From Gnetum montanum (Eukaryota; Plantae; Gnetophyta): a stretch of 64,000 nt of DNA. The stretch is taken from NCBI GenBank assembly GCA_015680685.1, contig MNCI01000381.1, positions 152,676-216,675 of the forward strand, written 5' to 3'. Made by a program: the position numbers and the translations under genes. This document shows, in pieces, positions 37,800 through 52,000 of the stretch (position 1 is the stretch's first letter; each line of letters starts with the position of its first letter). The notes under the pieces are model-generated. The model saw nothing but the letters and a program-made list of their open reading frames with translations. It had not been told where the DNA came from and did not search any database.

Positions 37800-39426
37800 T
37801 AGATATACATACGTATAGATAAGGACACCCGCACTCATGCGTGCATGCATTATTGTTTTGGCGAGTGATTGTTATTAATGAAATTACACTACCCTTTTCA
37901 AATTTGCCAATTTGGTTTCTCTTGTGCCTGCCTTCCACCAGCACCAGCAACCCAGGTACTTTGTTGAATCAATGGAATGCGCAGTTCTGGTGGGCATGTC
38001 ATGTCAAATTTGTCTGTCTGTCTCTCTTACTGTTTTATCAAACATGGCACAGAGTCTGCTGTGATAGGGTAGGGAGCGCACCATGCATGCATGCATACCG
38101 ATAGGAGTACACCCTCTCTATGTGTCCTTCATTCAATTCAATGCCTTTTCTCGGATTCGGATGGGAATCCGTTACTTTGGTCACGGTGTCGTGACAATCC
38201 TTCCACTTGATAGCATTTCCAGATGCTCATAATTTCAATAGCCTTGCAAATAGCAATGTTGCCTATCATGCAATGTTCTGGACGTTGTAAGGTCAATATA
38301 GCACTTTTCACCTGATATGTTTTGGCAATTGATCCGGCCTTTGCCATGCACTTGGTGTAAGACAGATATGGATAAAAACTGTGTTCTTTTGGTCAACCGC
38401 GTCATAATTAGTGTGTACATAAAAGAACCATAGAAGATAATTAAAATTTGTTTTGAATTATTACCGACCAATTACTGGTCATAAATATTACGAGGATTTA
38501 CATTGATGAACACGGTTTTTTTTTATCCTTTCCCAAATGTTGTCCACACGATTTTCTATCACATCTGCGTCAAAACACCATATGCAACACCTAAAAATAT
38601 GATATTCCCTTTATTCATGTGCAGTATACATTTTTGTATATGATATTCTGCTTCTTAAATTTTATTTAGCCAGAAGAATCTTAAGCAAAACTGTTATATG
38701 TTACATTAATTAAAAGTTTCAACAAACAATGATTTGGACAAGACCTTACTTTCAAACTTCAATGATTTCTTAATAATGAGCCATGGGAGCTACAGATGAC
38801 AAAGATTAATAAGAACATTATAAATTACATCATAAAAACAATGTAAGTTGTGATAATTTTAGCACCACTTCAATAATGGTTAATTATGATAATGAATATT
38901 TATTCATAAATAGAAGAATGATTTAGATTTAGGAGGTAGTTTATGTTAAGGGTCAGGGATTGTCATTTGGAGTGATGGTAAGGTGCTTGTTTCTTATGTC
39001 AAAGACGTGGGTTCGAGGGTGTGTGCAACTATTGACGTTAGGCTTTCGCTCATCTAACAACCCTCTCAAGACCTTGCTTTATAGATGTTCTTGAGAGGGT
39101 GAAAGTTTGCACATTAATTATGTCTCTAATAGTGATGTGAGTTCAAGAATCATGAGAATAATTGTGACTGAATGTGGGTATTGTGAATTATGTGAGTAGA
39201 AAATGAGAGTAGTGAGAGTTTTAAATTTGTGATCAAAAAGCCTTTTTCTTTGATTCAATTTTGACCTCAAGTTGGAACATCAGGCAAGCATCACATCTAG
39301 TACAAGGTGTTCATGGCTTCCTACTAATTGAATTTCATTGGGCCAAGTCGTACATTATTGGGTTTAATTAATTTGGTATGGAAATTTAAAAAGACAACAT
39401 TTTCATTGAGTATTTGGATCCAAAAT

Positions 39427-39865
39427 AGATGAGGATATCACCCAACCCTAAGATGTCAATCCTTATTTATGTTATGTGTTTCATGTTTGTTGTTGTTGTC
39501 TTATGTGTTTTGGCATCTTTTTGATGTTTATAGTAGGTTTTGAGGTTAATGAGAGCTAACATTGGAAGTTGGGATTTCAAGCTAGGCAATAACTATTTTG
39601 TAGTCAACCTAGAAAGACATCTTCCATTGACAAAAGACGTCTTCCACACCTGAAAGATGTCTTCTATGTAGGCTTGGGCTTTTGGAAAGATATCACAAAG
39701 GTGTCTCCTACGCTTGTCTATCTCTTAGGCAAGATGTCTTCCTAAGAGAAAAGATGTTATTCTAAGATTGATGTCTTCTTAGGAAAGACATCTTCTATGA
39801 CCTAAAGATGTCTTCTTGATTATGAGCAATGTTCATAATTTCGGGAATTTGGGTGCCAAGTAATT

Positions 39866-39922
<57 letters not shown>

Positions 39923-40166
39923 NAGAGAGAGAGTGTGTGTGTGTGTGTGTGTGTCCTTGCTTCATTGCCATTGATATGTGTGAGTATGAGTGTGTTATGA
40001 GGGGATCTTAAGCCTTTGTCTATCCTTGGGGACTTTGCTGCTAGCATATTGTATTTTTTTCCATTGCAAGCAAGAATAAAGATTTGTCTTCTTTTCTTAT
40101 TTCCAAATTGTGATCATTTTGTAGATTTGGCTTTAATTTTGAGTTGTTGAGGCTTGGTGCTCATCA
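39427..40166 (+). repeat. 5' LTR of the outer Gypsy element
   Basis: Homologous to 58428-59237; ends CTCATCA before the PBS; contains a (GA)n(GT)n microsatellite at about 39869-39953. Confidence 0.9.
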
Positions 40167-42709
40167 AATTGGTATTAGAGCCAAGGATTGAAGACAATTG
40201 ACTTAAGGAGAGGAATCCTCTACATTAACTCACAAGGAATTCACTTATTTCTAGCTCTATTTTGGTTTCCAATTTTGTTAATGTGATTTTCCATGCTCAA
40301 TTAGGATTTGATTAGCCTTCTTTTGGTCATTTTGGGTGATCAATTAAATTGGTTAATGGAAGTTTTTATTATTTAGGATATCCATTAGCTTTATCTAGTT
40401 GGGTTTTGTGGGAATTGTGTGAATTCTATTTTGGGGTTTCATATATCTTCTTGTATCTAAGTGGGTATTCCAATTTTGGTTATGAGTACTCAATCCTTTT
40501 GAAATTTCTTGTGGGTATTTGTGCAATTTTTATTTTAGGTTTATTTGGTCATGATACCCAAGAAGAAATTAGTCTAGGGCTTAGCCAAGGACATGGAAGA
40601 CTTGAGGGATGCACTCAAAATTATTGTAGAAAGAATGGAAAAGCTTGAAGAAAAGAAAGATCAGCCTCCATCACTAAGGGCTTCTTCAACAAGGTAACCA
40701 TCCATGCCAAACCTTGAATATAACATTTCTTTTAGGGATGAAGACATTAGGAAAGGTGAGAAATATGATGGAAATCCTTATTTTCTAATTGTTGAGAACA
40801 CATCTCATAGGTCTTGGTTTTTAAGGAGGAGGAACAACAGATATACTTCTAGGCCTTAAAGAAAGCCAGAGGAGGAAATGGAGATAACTCTTGCAAAGGC
40901 TTTAAGCATGCCTCTAGAATGCCTCATGTGGAAGTGAAGACTTTCAATGGAATGGAGGGCACTAAATCTTTTCTTTCTTGGTTGAAGATCTTGAATAAGT
41001 ACTTTCAACTTGAAGATGTAGAAGATCATCAAAAAGTATCATATGCTGAGATCAAACTTGAGGGTATGGCATAAATTTGGTGGAAGAAAGAGAGCCATAC
41101 TTATCTTGTAAGTAATGGAGCTCTTATATGAAAATGGTCACTTATTTAGTTCAGGCTCAAACAAATATTTGAGAAGACCCACCATAGGGAAGAGGCAATC
41201 CAAAAATTGAAATACCTAAGGCAAGGTGATAAGAGTGTGAAAGACATCTACATGGTTTTTTGCAAAGCCTTCTAGTAATCAAAAGTTCATTGGGATGAGA
41301 ATCATCAAGCATCCAATTTCCATGGAGGATTAAAAAGGAAATATCAATAAGAGCTAACATTTAATGAGCCTAAGACATTCGATGAGGCTTTTGAATTGGC
41401 TCTTAAAGTTGAGAAGAAACTACAAGGCTTTAATAGAGGTCAAAAATCTTCTAAGGATAGGGACTTCAAAGCTTCTAAAGGTAAGAAGGGAGCAAAGAAG
41501 AAGGAAAATGCCAACGAAGACACAAATAAGAAGCAAGAATAGTCTAAAGAGGGCCAAGGTTTCAAGGAATACTCAAAAAAAGGGAAGAGTCAAGGGTATG
41601 ACTATGTTTCCAAACTTTGACTATGTTTCCAAACTTTAATGCTTCAATTGTGGTGAGATGTTACACAAACAATGGGAATGCAAGAAGTCAAAGGTTTCCA
41701 AGAGAAAGGAACTCCAAACCTTAGAGTAGGGAGAGTCTTCCAATGAAAATAATCCACATGCTTCTAAGATTGAAGATATAACTAAAAATAATGCTTGTAA
41801 TTTCATGGGAAATGTGAATGTTAATGAAGATCCTATGAGGAAGATGACCTTTAGAATTAGGGCTAGGTGCCTTGATAGTGGCAAATGGGAATACATTATA
41901 ATTAATTGTGGTACCGAAGAAAATGTGATTTCTTCTAAGATTGTTTCAAAGCCTAGCTTGAAGACATTTCCATATCCTAGGCTCTAGAGAGTTTATTGTT
42001 TTTTAAAGATCATTTCAAGTAGTCAAGGAGAGATGTATCTTATTTTTCAATCTTGGTTCCTTTAAAAACAAAGTACATTGTGACATTCTTCTAATTGATT
42101 ATGTTGATGTTAGTTTGGGAAGACATTGGAATTTTGACAAGGGTGCTTTTTTTTGATGGAGAAAGAGACATTTGGTCAGTACCAAGGAAAGATGGGATAC
42201 ATGAATTGATCTCTATAACTTGGCAATAGTACAAGGAAAATGCCCCTACAAATGCTACATTAATCTTGCTAAGTGAACAAGAATATCTACAAGCACATGA
42301 AAAGCTAGACATTGTTTTGTCATCATGTTTACACTTGCAACAAGTAAAGAGGAGCCTCTAAATGAACTTCCTCTATTAGTGCAACCTGTAGCATTGAAAT
42401 TTGTTGATGTATTCCAAGAGAAATTAGAAGGGCTTTCTCCAGTGAGGTCCATTCAATATCAATTGTCTACATGTCTAGAGTTACCATTCCAAATGAGAGA
42501 GATTACTGCATCACTCCACATTAGAGGGAGAAGTTGCAAAAGCAAGTTAAGGAATCTATTTCTCCTTATGCCATTCCAATTGTACTTGTTCCTAAAAACG
42601 ATATAGAGAGATGAGAAGATGCATAGATTCTAGAATTGTCAATAGAATTATTGTCAAGTATAGGTCTTCCATCCCTAGCATGGATGACATTCTTGATGTA
42701 CTTGCCAAT

Positions 42710-43639
42710 TGATGAGCGACGAGCTACCCCTATGCCCAACCATACGAATCACAAGCGTTCACGCATGATTCAGTCAAATTTCGTGGACTTCGTCGTTTCT
42801 AGTGCACTAGCCCTTTATGGAGTGAATCTAGCCTTAAGGTCAATCATTGTCTTTCCAATTACACTTGTGACGTTTATTGGTATGGTTAAGTGTAATTGAG
42901 ACATTCAATTTGTATCATTTTTATGTTTTATAGTTGAGTGCTGGAAATGTAGATAAAAGAGGATTTAATTAACTAACCTAAATTAACTAATTAACTAATC
43001 ATTTAGCTAATCCTAACATAAGTATTCGTTCTCACTTTTTGTACACGTCCTAAACCCACGTATCCACTGTTAGGTGACCAAATGCTACGCTAGTAGGTGT
43101 ACCAAGCAATAATGCTGCTGGGATTACCAAGTGAATACGTGTTACACTTGAAGTAGTTGTACTTATGTATTTAATCTATATAGCTTAATTACCTCATTAA
43201 CTCAATTGCTGAAAAATATTTGCGGAATAATTGAGAACAATTAACAAATAATTGAAAACATTAAATGCATAAATAAAATAGCTAATCTATCCAAAGTGTT
43301 GCAAGGTTTATTAGAAAGCTTGTCTTTATTACCGCACACACTGTCGTGCTCAGGTACAACAATGCTCGAATAAAGATCTATACACTCAATGACTCCTGCT
43401 ATGGGCACTTGGGGGAAAAAATTCTAACTTTTGAATAGAAAAAATGCAAGAGCTTTGCTGCTATTGAATTCTAGATTGTGATAAATGTGGTTGGTAGGCA
43501 TGTATTTACAGGCGATAGATAGACATTGCATCAACAAGGCCTTGTTGATGCAGGGCAAGATACGTTAATAAGGCCTCATCGATGTGGTCAACTACATCGA
43601 TGAGGCCTCATCAACGCAGCCAACCAATGACACTCATCA
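42710..43639 (-). repeat. 3' LTR of the Athila-like element
   Basis: TGATGAG...CTCATCA termini; homologous to 55029-55929. Confidence 0.93.
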
Positions 43640-43887
43640 TACCCCCACGACTAAATGAAAACTCATCCTCGAGTTCTTTTACAAAATTGGGAAGGTATGA
43701 GATTATTGATTGACTTTTCTTTAACAAAACAAACTGATTGAGTTTGACAAAAAATGGAGTGCCCGAGTGTACATATCAACACATTACAAAAATGGTGGTG
43801 TTTAGGACACAAAATTGAACACCATGACACAACTCTTCAAAAATTGAATAACACATTCCTTGATGGTGTGAAGCTTGTTGGAGAAGA

Positions 43888-46575
43888 TTAAATGGTCCTA
43901 GGCAGTGGTGGTTCCTGAGGCTTTGAGGGACCTTCATCGGCTTCACGCACTAGTGATGGTTAAGGTAGCTGCGGTTGTCTTGTTTCTGCTACAACTTTAG
44001 GCAGGAGGCAGAAAGCATCCAACAGTGCTTTCATTTTCTCCTCCTTACTCCTAGGATCATGCACCATCCACGTAGCTTTCTTAATGTGGGTTGGAATGGG
44101 CACATCCTAAGGACATAGGATTGCTAGAAACAACTCCTTGGCATTGATGAACCAGGTAGTGAACTATTTGCATTCAATGTCNCTGGCTATCAACATTGCC
44201 AAGTTTGTGTAATGGAGATTGGCCAATTCCATGTATTTTGTAATTTCTTCAATCTACAACTTTTTCAAGTAGATCTCCACTTTTTTGTAGGTGTCAATCC
44301 CATCAAGGATGGGCTTCCACATCTCTCTTCCTTGCTAGAGTTTCTAGAGGGCTTCATTCACTTTCATCTTTGACATTTGGATTTGTTTTTCATTAATTTC
44401 CTTTTGCAAACCAACCTGGTCCCTGTAGTGATTTTTCACTCTCTCAAATTTGAGAGCTTCCCTCTTCTAGGTGACGATCTCAATGGAAGACTTTTTTCAC
44501 AAGGTGTATACCTCCTCCATTGACAAATTGTAGTTCCCCGTGGCTAATTTCCTTAGTTAAGTGTTACCTCTGGCAAGTTGCTCCTGCTATTAATGAATGA
44601 ACTCTTGCATTTGATCTCTCTGAGCATCAACATTTCATAAGTGATGATTTTGTATGGTCAATGCTTCATTCTCCTAGTACATCTGATTCAAGTCCTTTTT
44701 GATTGAGTGTGTTTCAGTTTCTGCCATGGACTGTTTGAAGATGGCCATTATTGCTTCCTCCTCAACCTTTTGAAATTATTCTTGAAGCTGTTTGATAGCT
44801 TCATCTCTTGTTGCTGCCAGGCTAAGGATTACTTGTTCTACAAGTCAAGCATGAAGTTCAACAACCTCCATGACCAAGTGTTGATTTTGCTCTTGGGTCA
44901 TTTCTAGTTGCCCTTACAAGATGATGCATCTGCCCCTTGCATTTAGCAGATCTGACTAGGTTGCGGTGATGTTCTTTGGGAGATCAAAGATGTCAGAGTC
45001 AGTTGCCCGGTTCTTACCAGTTGTTCCAGCAACTATTCATGCTAGGCTGTGTTCAATTTTCTACTAACCATGCTTGCAAATGTTTGCACATCTTGAAGTG
45101 TAGAGATGTATGATATAGACATCATTGGTGCATTCAGTGCTTTAGCTACATGGTCAGCTACCACTTCTACCACTATCTCTTACCCTTGGTGCTGCATCAC
45201 CAAGATAGTTGCCTCTTCACCTTCCTTCAATGTCCTCGAGAAAGTGGCAGAATTCCCAGAGATTTATGGGAATAGATATTATGTTGCTAATGACATCATC
45301 ACCTCTTGAGCATTGGTATTTGACCTTGAAGGTAGCTACATTTTTTGGACAAAGAAAATGGAACCACCTCTCTCCATTTGGCTAATTGTTTGGGCTACCT
45401 CATTAAGGTGACTCATTGTTGGCCGATACATAGATGGATTCGTCCCACTCTTCCTTGCTTGTTGCTCTTGTTTACTCAAGAGTTGTTTTCAGATTTGACA
45501 CAGATGCTCAAGAATTATGTGGGCCTCTGGTGTTGTCTCCTGAGTGGGTGGTGGTGGTGGCAGCTCCTCTTCTTGAGTGGTTGTTGGCGTCTTATCTTTC
45601 ATGATTTCTACTCATGAGGCTAAGGAAGCATGCTTGAGAGTATCATTAGAATAGCAAACAATGCCTACCCTTTTGCAAAGTTTTCTAATAAGACATGGAA
45701 AGGGCAAGGTCTTCCTTCCAGTTCATTCTCCTTGAAGTGCTTCTTGATCTCCAAATAAATCAGCTATGGAAGGTTAATGGGAAATTTCCTGCGTAGAGCA
45801 ACGCATGATTGGGTGGAGAAAGTAGTCATCTTACTTGGCCTCACCATTGGATTGAGGTGATAGGCCACAATCTTAAAATAAATATGCTTCATTGATGTGA
45901 GCGCACCATACTCCTTATGGTTCACCTCATAGCATCGTTGGATCCATTTCCTTTTTACCTTAGGATTGCCTTTTGTTGATATTTTTGCCAACGATGTTCC
46001 AATGTTTGGCAACCCTAGTGCTTGTGCAATAGCTTTCGATGAGTAGGACACTTGAATGTCCTTGATTTTTACAATGGACCTTGGCCTTCAACTATTCTAT
46101 AAGAGATAGGTCTCTCCCATGTACCATTCCCCACTAGACGTGATGACAGCCCACATGGGAGAGGCTTGTAATTGTGTCTTGACATCCTTTGGAGATTTTT
46201 CCAAAAATGGTCCAAAGTTTATCTCTTAAAGAACTAATCTTTGGATTTCTCGAGACTTGATGATGTCTAGGCATGCTTGAGTCAGCGTGACCTTAAGCCT
46301 TGGCACAGGTCTAGGTGCTTCTCCTCGTTGGGATTGTTCGATAGGCACTTCTTCCTCTGGAATCTATCAAATAGATTCCACTTCAAGCTCCTCATGAAGA
46401 GGTATCATTGCATGGGTCACCTCTTATTGTTCTTGGCCTTGTTCCTACTAGCNGTTGCATGGGTCACCTCTTATTGTTCTTGGCCTTGTTCCTGCTAGCC
46501 CCTTCCAGCTCTGGGTTGTTTCTCCTGTGGTTGTGAGGGTTCTCCTTCTTGTGGATGCTTTTGTTTAGGTGCCAT
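43888..46575 (-). pseudogene. Athila-like extra 3' ORF (accessory protein: plant-transposon domain and coiled coil), degenerate
   Basis: Starts MAPKQKHPQEGEP at 46575; SYSSKAIAQALGLP...YFKIVAYHLNP...RRKFPINLP (45764-46051); E/K-rich downstream; TAA at 43890-43888; same sense as gag-pol. Confidence 0.65.
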
Positions 46576-49099
46576 TTGTAATCACAATAAGATCATGGAT
46601 TAGCAATCATTGTGTAACCTTAAAATAATTGGAATACCTTAATTCTTGAGGGTAGTTACACTTGGCTAAGCTGTGATTATGGTTGATTTAATTAACTCAA
46701 TTGTTATTTTTATTTATGTATTACCATTAATGAATTATCTTGGAGATTGTTGGAAGGGTTAACTGTTGAAAGAGTTGATATTTTTATGTTGTTAAGGTTA
46801 CTAATCCTTAGGGGGAGTTAGAAATTGTTTTTAAAAATTTCATTAGAAACCTTAAGGTTTATAGCCCCTACAATAAAGATCTTACCTCTAGTAAGTGCAG
46901 GATCAAAAAACGGAGTGATTTGGATAAACAGTTTGAAAGTTCTGGGCTTTGGAAGGTTTTGGGCTCTGAAAAATTGCAAAAATTCCTCGTGTGTTATGAG
47001 AAAATTACAAAAAAATTCCAAAGTGTTTGGCAGTATACATAGTATTTTTGCATTGCGTTGATGAGACCTTGTCAACGTAACTGTTGACCACCATTGGCTT
47101 TCGTTGACTTTGATCAAACTTTCAAAATACAAGGAATTCTTTGATAAAATTGGGGTCAAATGAAATCTTAGAGGACCAAGAATAGTAATGAAATAATGAG
47201 AAGAAGGTGTTGAAGTTCATAAATTTGAAAAAATGGAGAAAAAATTGATTTAATGGATGAATGCAATGAAAGATTAAGGAGTACTGGGTGATTTACACAA
47301 TGGAGAATATGAAATATAGGATTGTAGCGATGTTAAAGGTAAGGAACCTTAACTAATAAAGCAAAAAGCTATGCAAGTGGATCCTCCCCATAGCAGGCTC
47401 ATGCCCTTTTTGCCCTTGCATAACCTCAAATAAGAAGTTTGTGGGTCCCATAGTCAATTTAATGATCATGACTAGTTAAGGACCAACCCAAANCCCCATA
47501 GTCAATTTAATGATCATGACTAGTTAAGGACCAACCCAAAAGAATCCACTCAAGAATCCCAACACGTTAGATGAAGAGATAGAGTACAACATAGAACCTG
47601 ACAGTGAGGTGAATTATGGGAGCATGGATGGATGATAGAGAAGGTGGAATGGAGTTTCAAATTGAGGTCATAACAAGTCCCTTGTGAAATTTATGATTAA
47701 AATGATCTAAGAAGTTCCATCCTCAGTCCAGACCAAAACCATCCACTTTCAGTGACTTTGCATTGTTACTTGAAGACCTGTCCACCCACTTGAGACATAA
47801 GAGTGCTTCCACAAAACAACCACCATTCTACAAGGAGAAGAAAGGAGAAATAGGAAGTGATAGAGAGGGACTTAGTTAGATGGCATTGTTAGGCATAGGT
47901 ACATGTCGTTTGAGTCCCATAACCAGTGCTTGGAGCCCTTTTATTTGTCCAAGGGGTGTTCTTTGAATTCCCATTTTTTTTAAAATGGGAACCACACCAT
48001 GTGAGGACTTATTTGTGTTGAAGGGTGTGCTTTGAATTCCCATTGTTTTTTTGGAATGATGGAAATCGCACCATGTAATGATGTTATTTGTCTTGCTATC
48101 GTTGGGTGGTATGGAATGGTAAGAAGTTTGTGAAAAACACTCAAGCACTCAAGCAAGAAGAAGAGTACAAAGAGTATTGAGTCCCTCTGAAGTCACACCC
48201 TTTAAAAACCTTTGGATCCTTCCTAATTTTGGAACTACCAAGGTCATCAATTGGTTAAAAGTTTCTTTAATGAAAAGGGACCTCAAATTCCTAGAATAAG
48301 GAAAACCATAGAGTTCATTGGATGGGCAGATGATGTGGACTCACTACCTATTTCATGAAAAATAAACCATGCCAAAGTCATCAGACATCAGAATTCAAAA
48401 ATAGAAACTAGACATTGACAATCACTAATTAAGCATAAACCATCATTAGTAAACAACAATATTAGCATTTTTTCTTGTGATGATAAAGTGAATTTATTAG
48501 CAAAAATTGAGAAAATATCATACTTAAACAAAAGAAAACAAAATATATAAGATGGTATAAAATTATCAAGAAAGATGGTAAAATATATAAGAAAGTATAA
48601 AATAATCAAGAAAGTTAAAAGGTACTAAAGATGGTATAAAATTAGAAAAATTTGAAAATAAAAAATTTATAAAATAAAAAATGTGAAAAAAAGGTAGAAA
48701 AACTGAGAGGCCATGGTAATGATTAGCATGGATGGCCATCTCCCCTACGACTAAATTGAAGGTAGGAGATCCAAAAAATAGAACTTGGGTGTCCATTCAT
48801 TGAGGCGGTATTTACACTAGCTTGTGTTGGTTTTAAGAAAGGTTTGACTTGTTGAATATTGACCAACTACTTTTTATTTGGGCTATCAAGTTTATAAATT
48901 ATCATGGCCCTAGAGGAAAAGGTTTGATCAATTATATAAGATTCCTCTCACAATGTTTGAAATTTTGTCTTTTGGGGTACATGTGTGGGGTTCTAATAAA
49001 GAACCTTATCTCTTGGTTGAAGTTTTACTTTCTTGATTCTAAGGTCATGACGCAACTTGCTAAATGCCTTGTTCACATCATTCAAGGATAGGGCCACTA

Positions 49100-52000
49100 A
49101 GAAATTTTTGTCTCGCATGTTTAGATTGATCAATCTTTCCTTCTATGCTAAACTTAGGTCAAGGTTTAGATCATAGGCCATTGAGAGTGTATGAAGCTTG
49201 GATTGAATTGGAAGTGTTGGAAGTTTTCCGTACACTAACTTGTAGGGAGAATATCCAATAGGAAGTTTCCAAGTTGAACCATAAGCCCAAAGAGCATCGT
49301 TAAGTTTTGTACTCTAGTCCTTCCTATATTTGCTAATGGTTTGTGTTAGTATTTTTGTAATCTCCCAGTTGGTTACCTTTACTTGACCGTTAGCTTGGGG
49401 GTGGTAAGGTGTTGTTAATTTATGTTCTACCCCCAAGTGTTGCATTAATTTTCTAAATGACACCTATGAAATTAGTCCCATTATTAAAAATTAGTAAATG
49501 TGGCACCCCAAACCTATTCACAGTATTTTGTTGTATAAATTTGATAGTAGTGGATGATGTACAATTACTAACGGCTACTTCTTATGTCCATATTGTGTAG
49601 AAGTCAACTGCTACTATAATATACACTTTCCCATTAGACATGGATGTGATGGGATCCATGAAGATAACACCCCATATGTTGAAAGGCTCTAGTAGTTGAA
49701 TCCACTATTGAGGACCTTCCATGAGAGTGGTCATCCCTCCATCACGTTGACAACATTCACAAGACTTGATGAATTGGTGGTCATCCATAAAGATTTAAGG
49801 CTAACAGTATCCTGCCATTAGGATTTTTATGGCTGTGTGTCTCCCTACATAGTGGCCTCTGCAAGGCTGTTCATGAGCATCCTAGAGAATGCACAGTTGA
49901 TCTTCGTTAGGGACACACCAACGGATCAGGCCATCGACACACACCTTATAAAGGTGTTCATTGATTTCCATGAAGTATTTGGCCCAATGAAGAAATTGTT
50001 GCTTTTTTCTAAAATCCAAGTCCTGTGGCATCTCTTGAGTGAGAAGATATGTGAGGATGCAATTAAACCATATTACTTTTTTAGGTGTTTGTTCATTTAT
50101 TGCTCCAGTAAAGAGGAGTTCGTCTGGAAACTGATCATAGAGGGGGCACTCCTCATCTTTGTCATCCCATCTTAAGAAAGAAAGGTGATTAGTGACCACA
50201 TTCTTGACCCCTTTTTGATCTATCATAGTAAGATCGAATTCCTGCAAGATCACAAGCCATCGTATAACATGAGGGCTCACCGTTGACTTATTCATGAGGA
50301 AGCAAATTGCACTATTACCTAGCACATAATGTCTAAACTTTTCTAGTGTGTACACCATTGCCATTAATTCTTTTTTCATGGTGGTGTATCTTAATTGTGC
50401 CCCCACAATGCTTTGGCTCATGTAGTGGATATAATATGGACATTTCCTATCATCTAGTTGCATGAGCACTACTCCCAAAGCATAGTTAGATATGTCTATC
50501 ATGATATGGAATGGTTTGGACTAATCTAGTGCTTGTAGGATTGGTGTTTCTACGAGTTTCTCCTTTAATTGTTAGAATGCATGTTCACATTCCTTGGTCC
50601 AAATAAAAGGTACATCCTTCTTCGTAAGTTCTATCAATGGCTTTACAATCTTAGAGAAATTCTCAATAAAATGCTAGTAGTAACCAGTGTGTCCAAGGAA
50701 TGATTAGACATCTTTTACAGTCTCTGGTTGGCATGTTATTCATTGAATGATCCTTATCTTTTCTAGGTCTACCTAAATCCCTTGTTTTGAAATTCAATGC
50801 CCTAGCACAATGCCTTCTTGGACCATGAGATGGCTCTTTTTCTAGTTGAGCCATAGGTTTGTGTCTACACATTTCTTCAGTACTTGCTCAAGTCGATCCA
50901 AGGCTTGCTCAAATGTAGCTCCATAGATGGAGAAGTCATCCATGAAAACTTCAATACCACTACTGATTTATTATTAAAAGATACTCAGGACCAAGCGTTG
51001 GAATGTTGAAGGGGCATTACATAGACCAAATGGCATCTTACAGTATGCACAAGTCCCCCAAGGACTCATGAATGTTGTATTGGCCTGGTCTTCTGGCATA
51101 ATTTGGATTTGGTTATAGCCATTATAATCATCCAAGAAACTATAATAACAATGCTTGGATATGGTATCTAACAGATGGTCTAGAAATTGCAAAGGAAAGT
51201 GATCCTTAAATGTTGCCATATTTAACAATCTAAAGTTGATGCAAACCCGCCATTTGCCACCCTTCTTTGGTACTATTACAAGTGGACTAACCCACTCACT
51301 ATTTATGATTGGATAGATTAACCTTGCCTTAAGGAGGTGCTCTATCTCCTCCTTGATGATTTTCTTTAATTTGGAGTTCAACCACCTTTGCAGTTGCCTT
51401 TTAGGCTTCATGGCTAGGTCAGTGTAGATGTGATGTTGGCATGACCTTAGATCGATTCTTGTTAGTTCTAGATATGACCAAGAAAAGGCTATTGACCATT
51501 TATTCACCACTTTCAACAACTTTTCTTTTTGTTCAAGAGCAAGTTGAGCATTAATGATGACTAGTTTACCATTCTTTAAAAATGTATACTCCATATCGTT
51601 TGGTAAGGTTTTTAGTTCTAAGGGCTCCTGCTTGAAGTGATTAGGGATGTCTAACTGTCCCCAACAACATCATCATCTTCATTAGAGAGTTGGGAATGAA
51701 CTTGTTCAATTTTGGCCATGCCTTCAACATATGCACATGTTAGGCTCTCAGTTGGCTCCATGCATACTATGCTATCAGAATCAGTTATCAGCCACTGGGT
51801 GCCCTCTTACTTTGTGGTTGCTACATACAAACACCATTGAATGTTAATTTCTTGTGCACACTGATTACATGCCTTAATGTATGTGATCTTGATGGACCAA
51901 ATATTTTACACATAATTTCACCCATTATTGCTGTACATGATGCATGGAATACACTTCTTCTGAATCTTTCCTAGCTCATTTTCCTTATATATTTTAAGAG

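Noticed and set aside
39611-39816. CRISPR-like repeat-spacer array
   Set aside because: Eukaryotic LTR context, degenerate 10-bp units and no cas genes.
46409-46498. Tandem repeat in the Athila-like extra ORF
   Set aside because: Two near-identical units separated by a single N; likely overlapping contig ends.
47447-47540. Tandem repeat of about 47 bp
   Set aside because: Identical units flanking a single N; likely scaffolding artefact.
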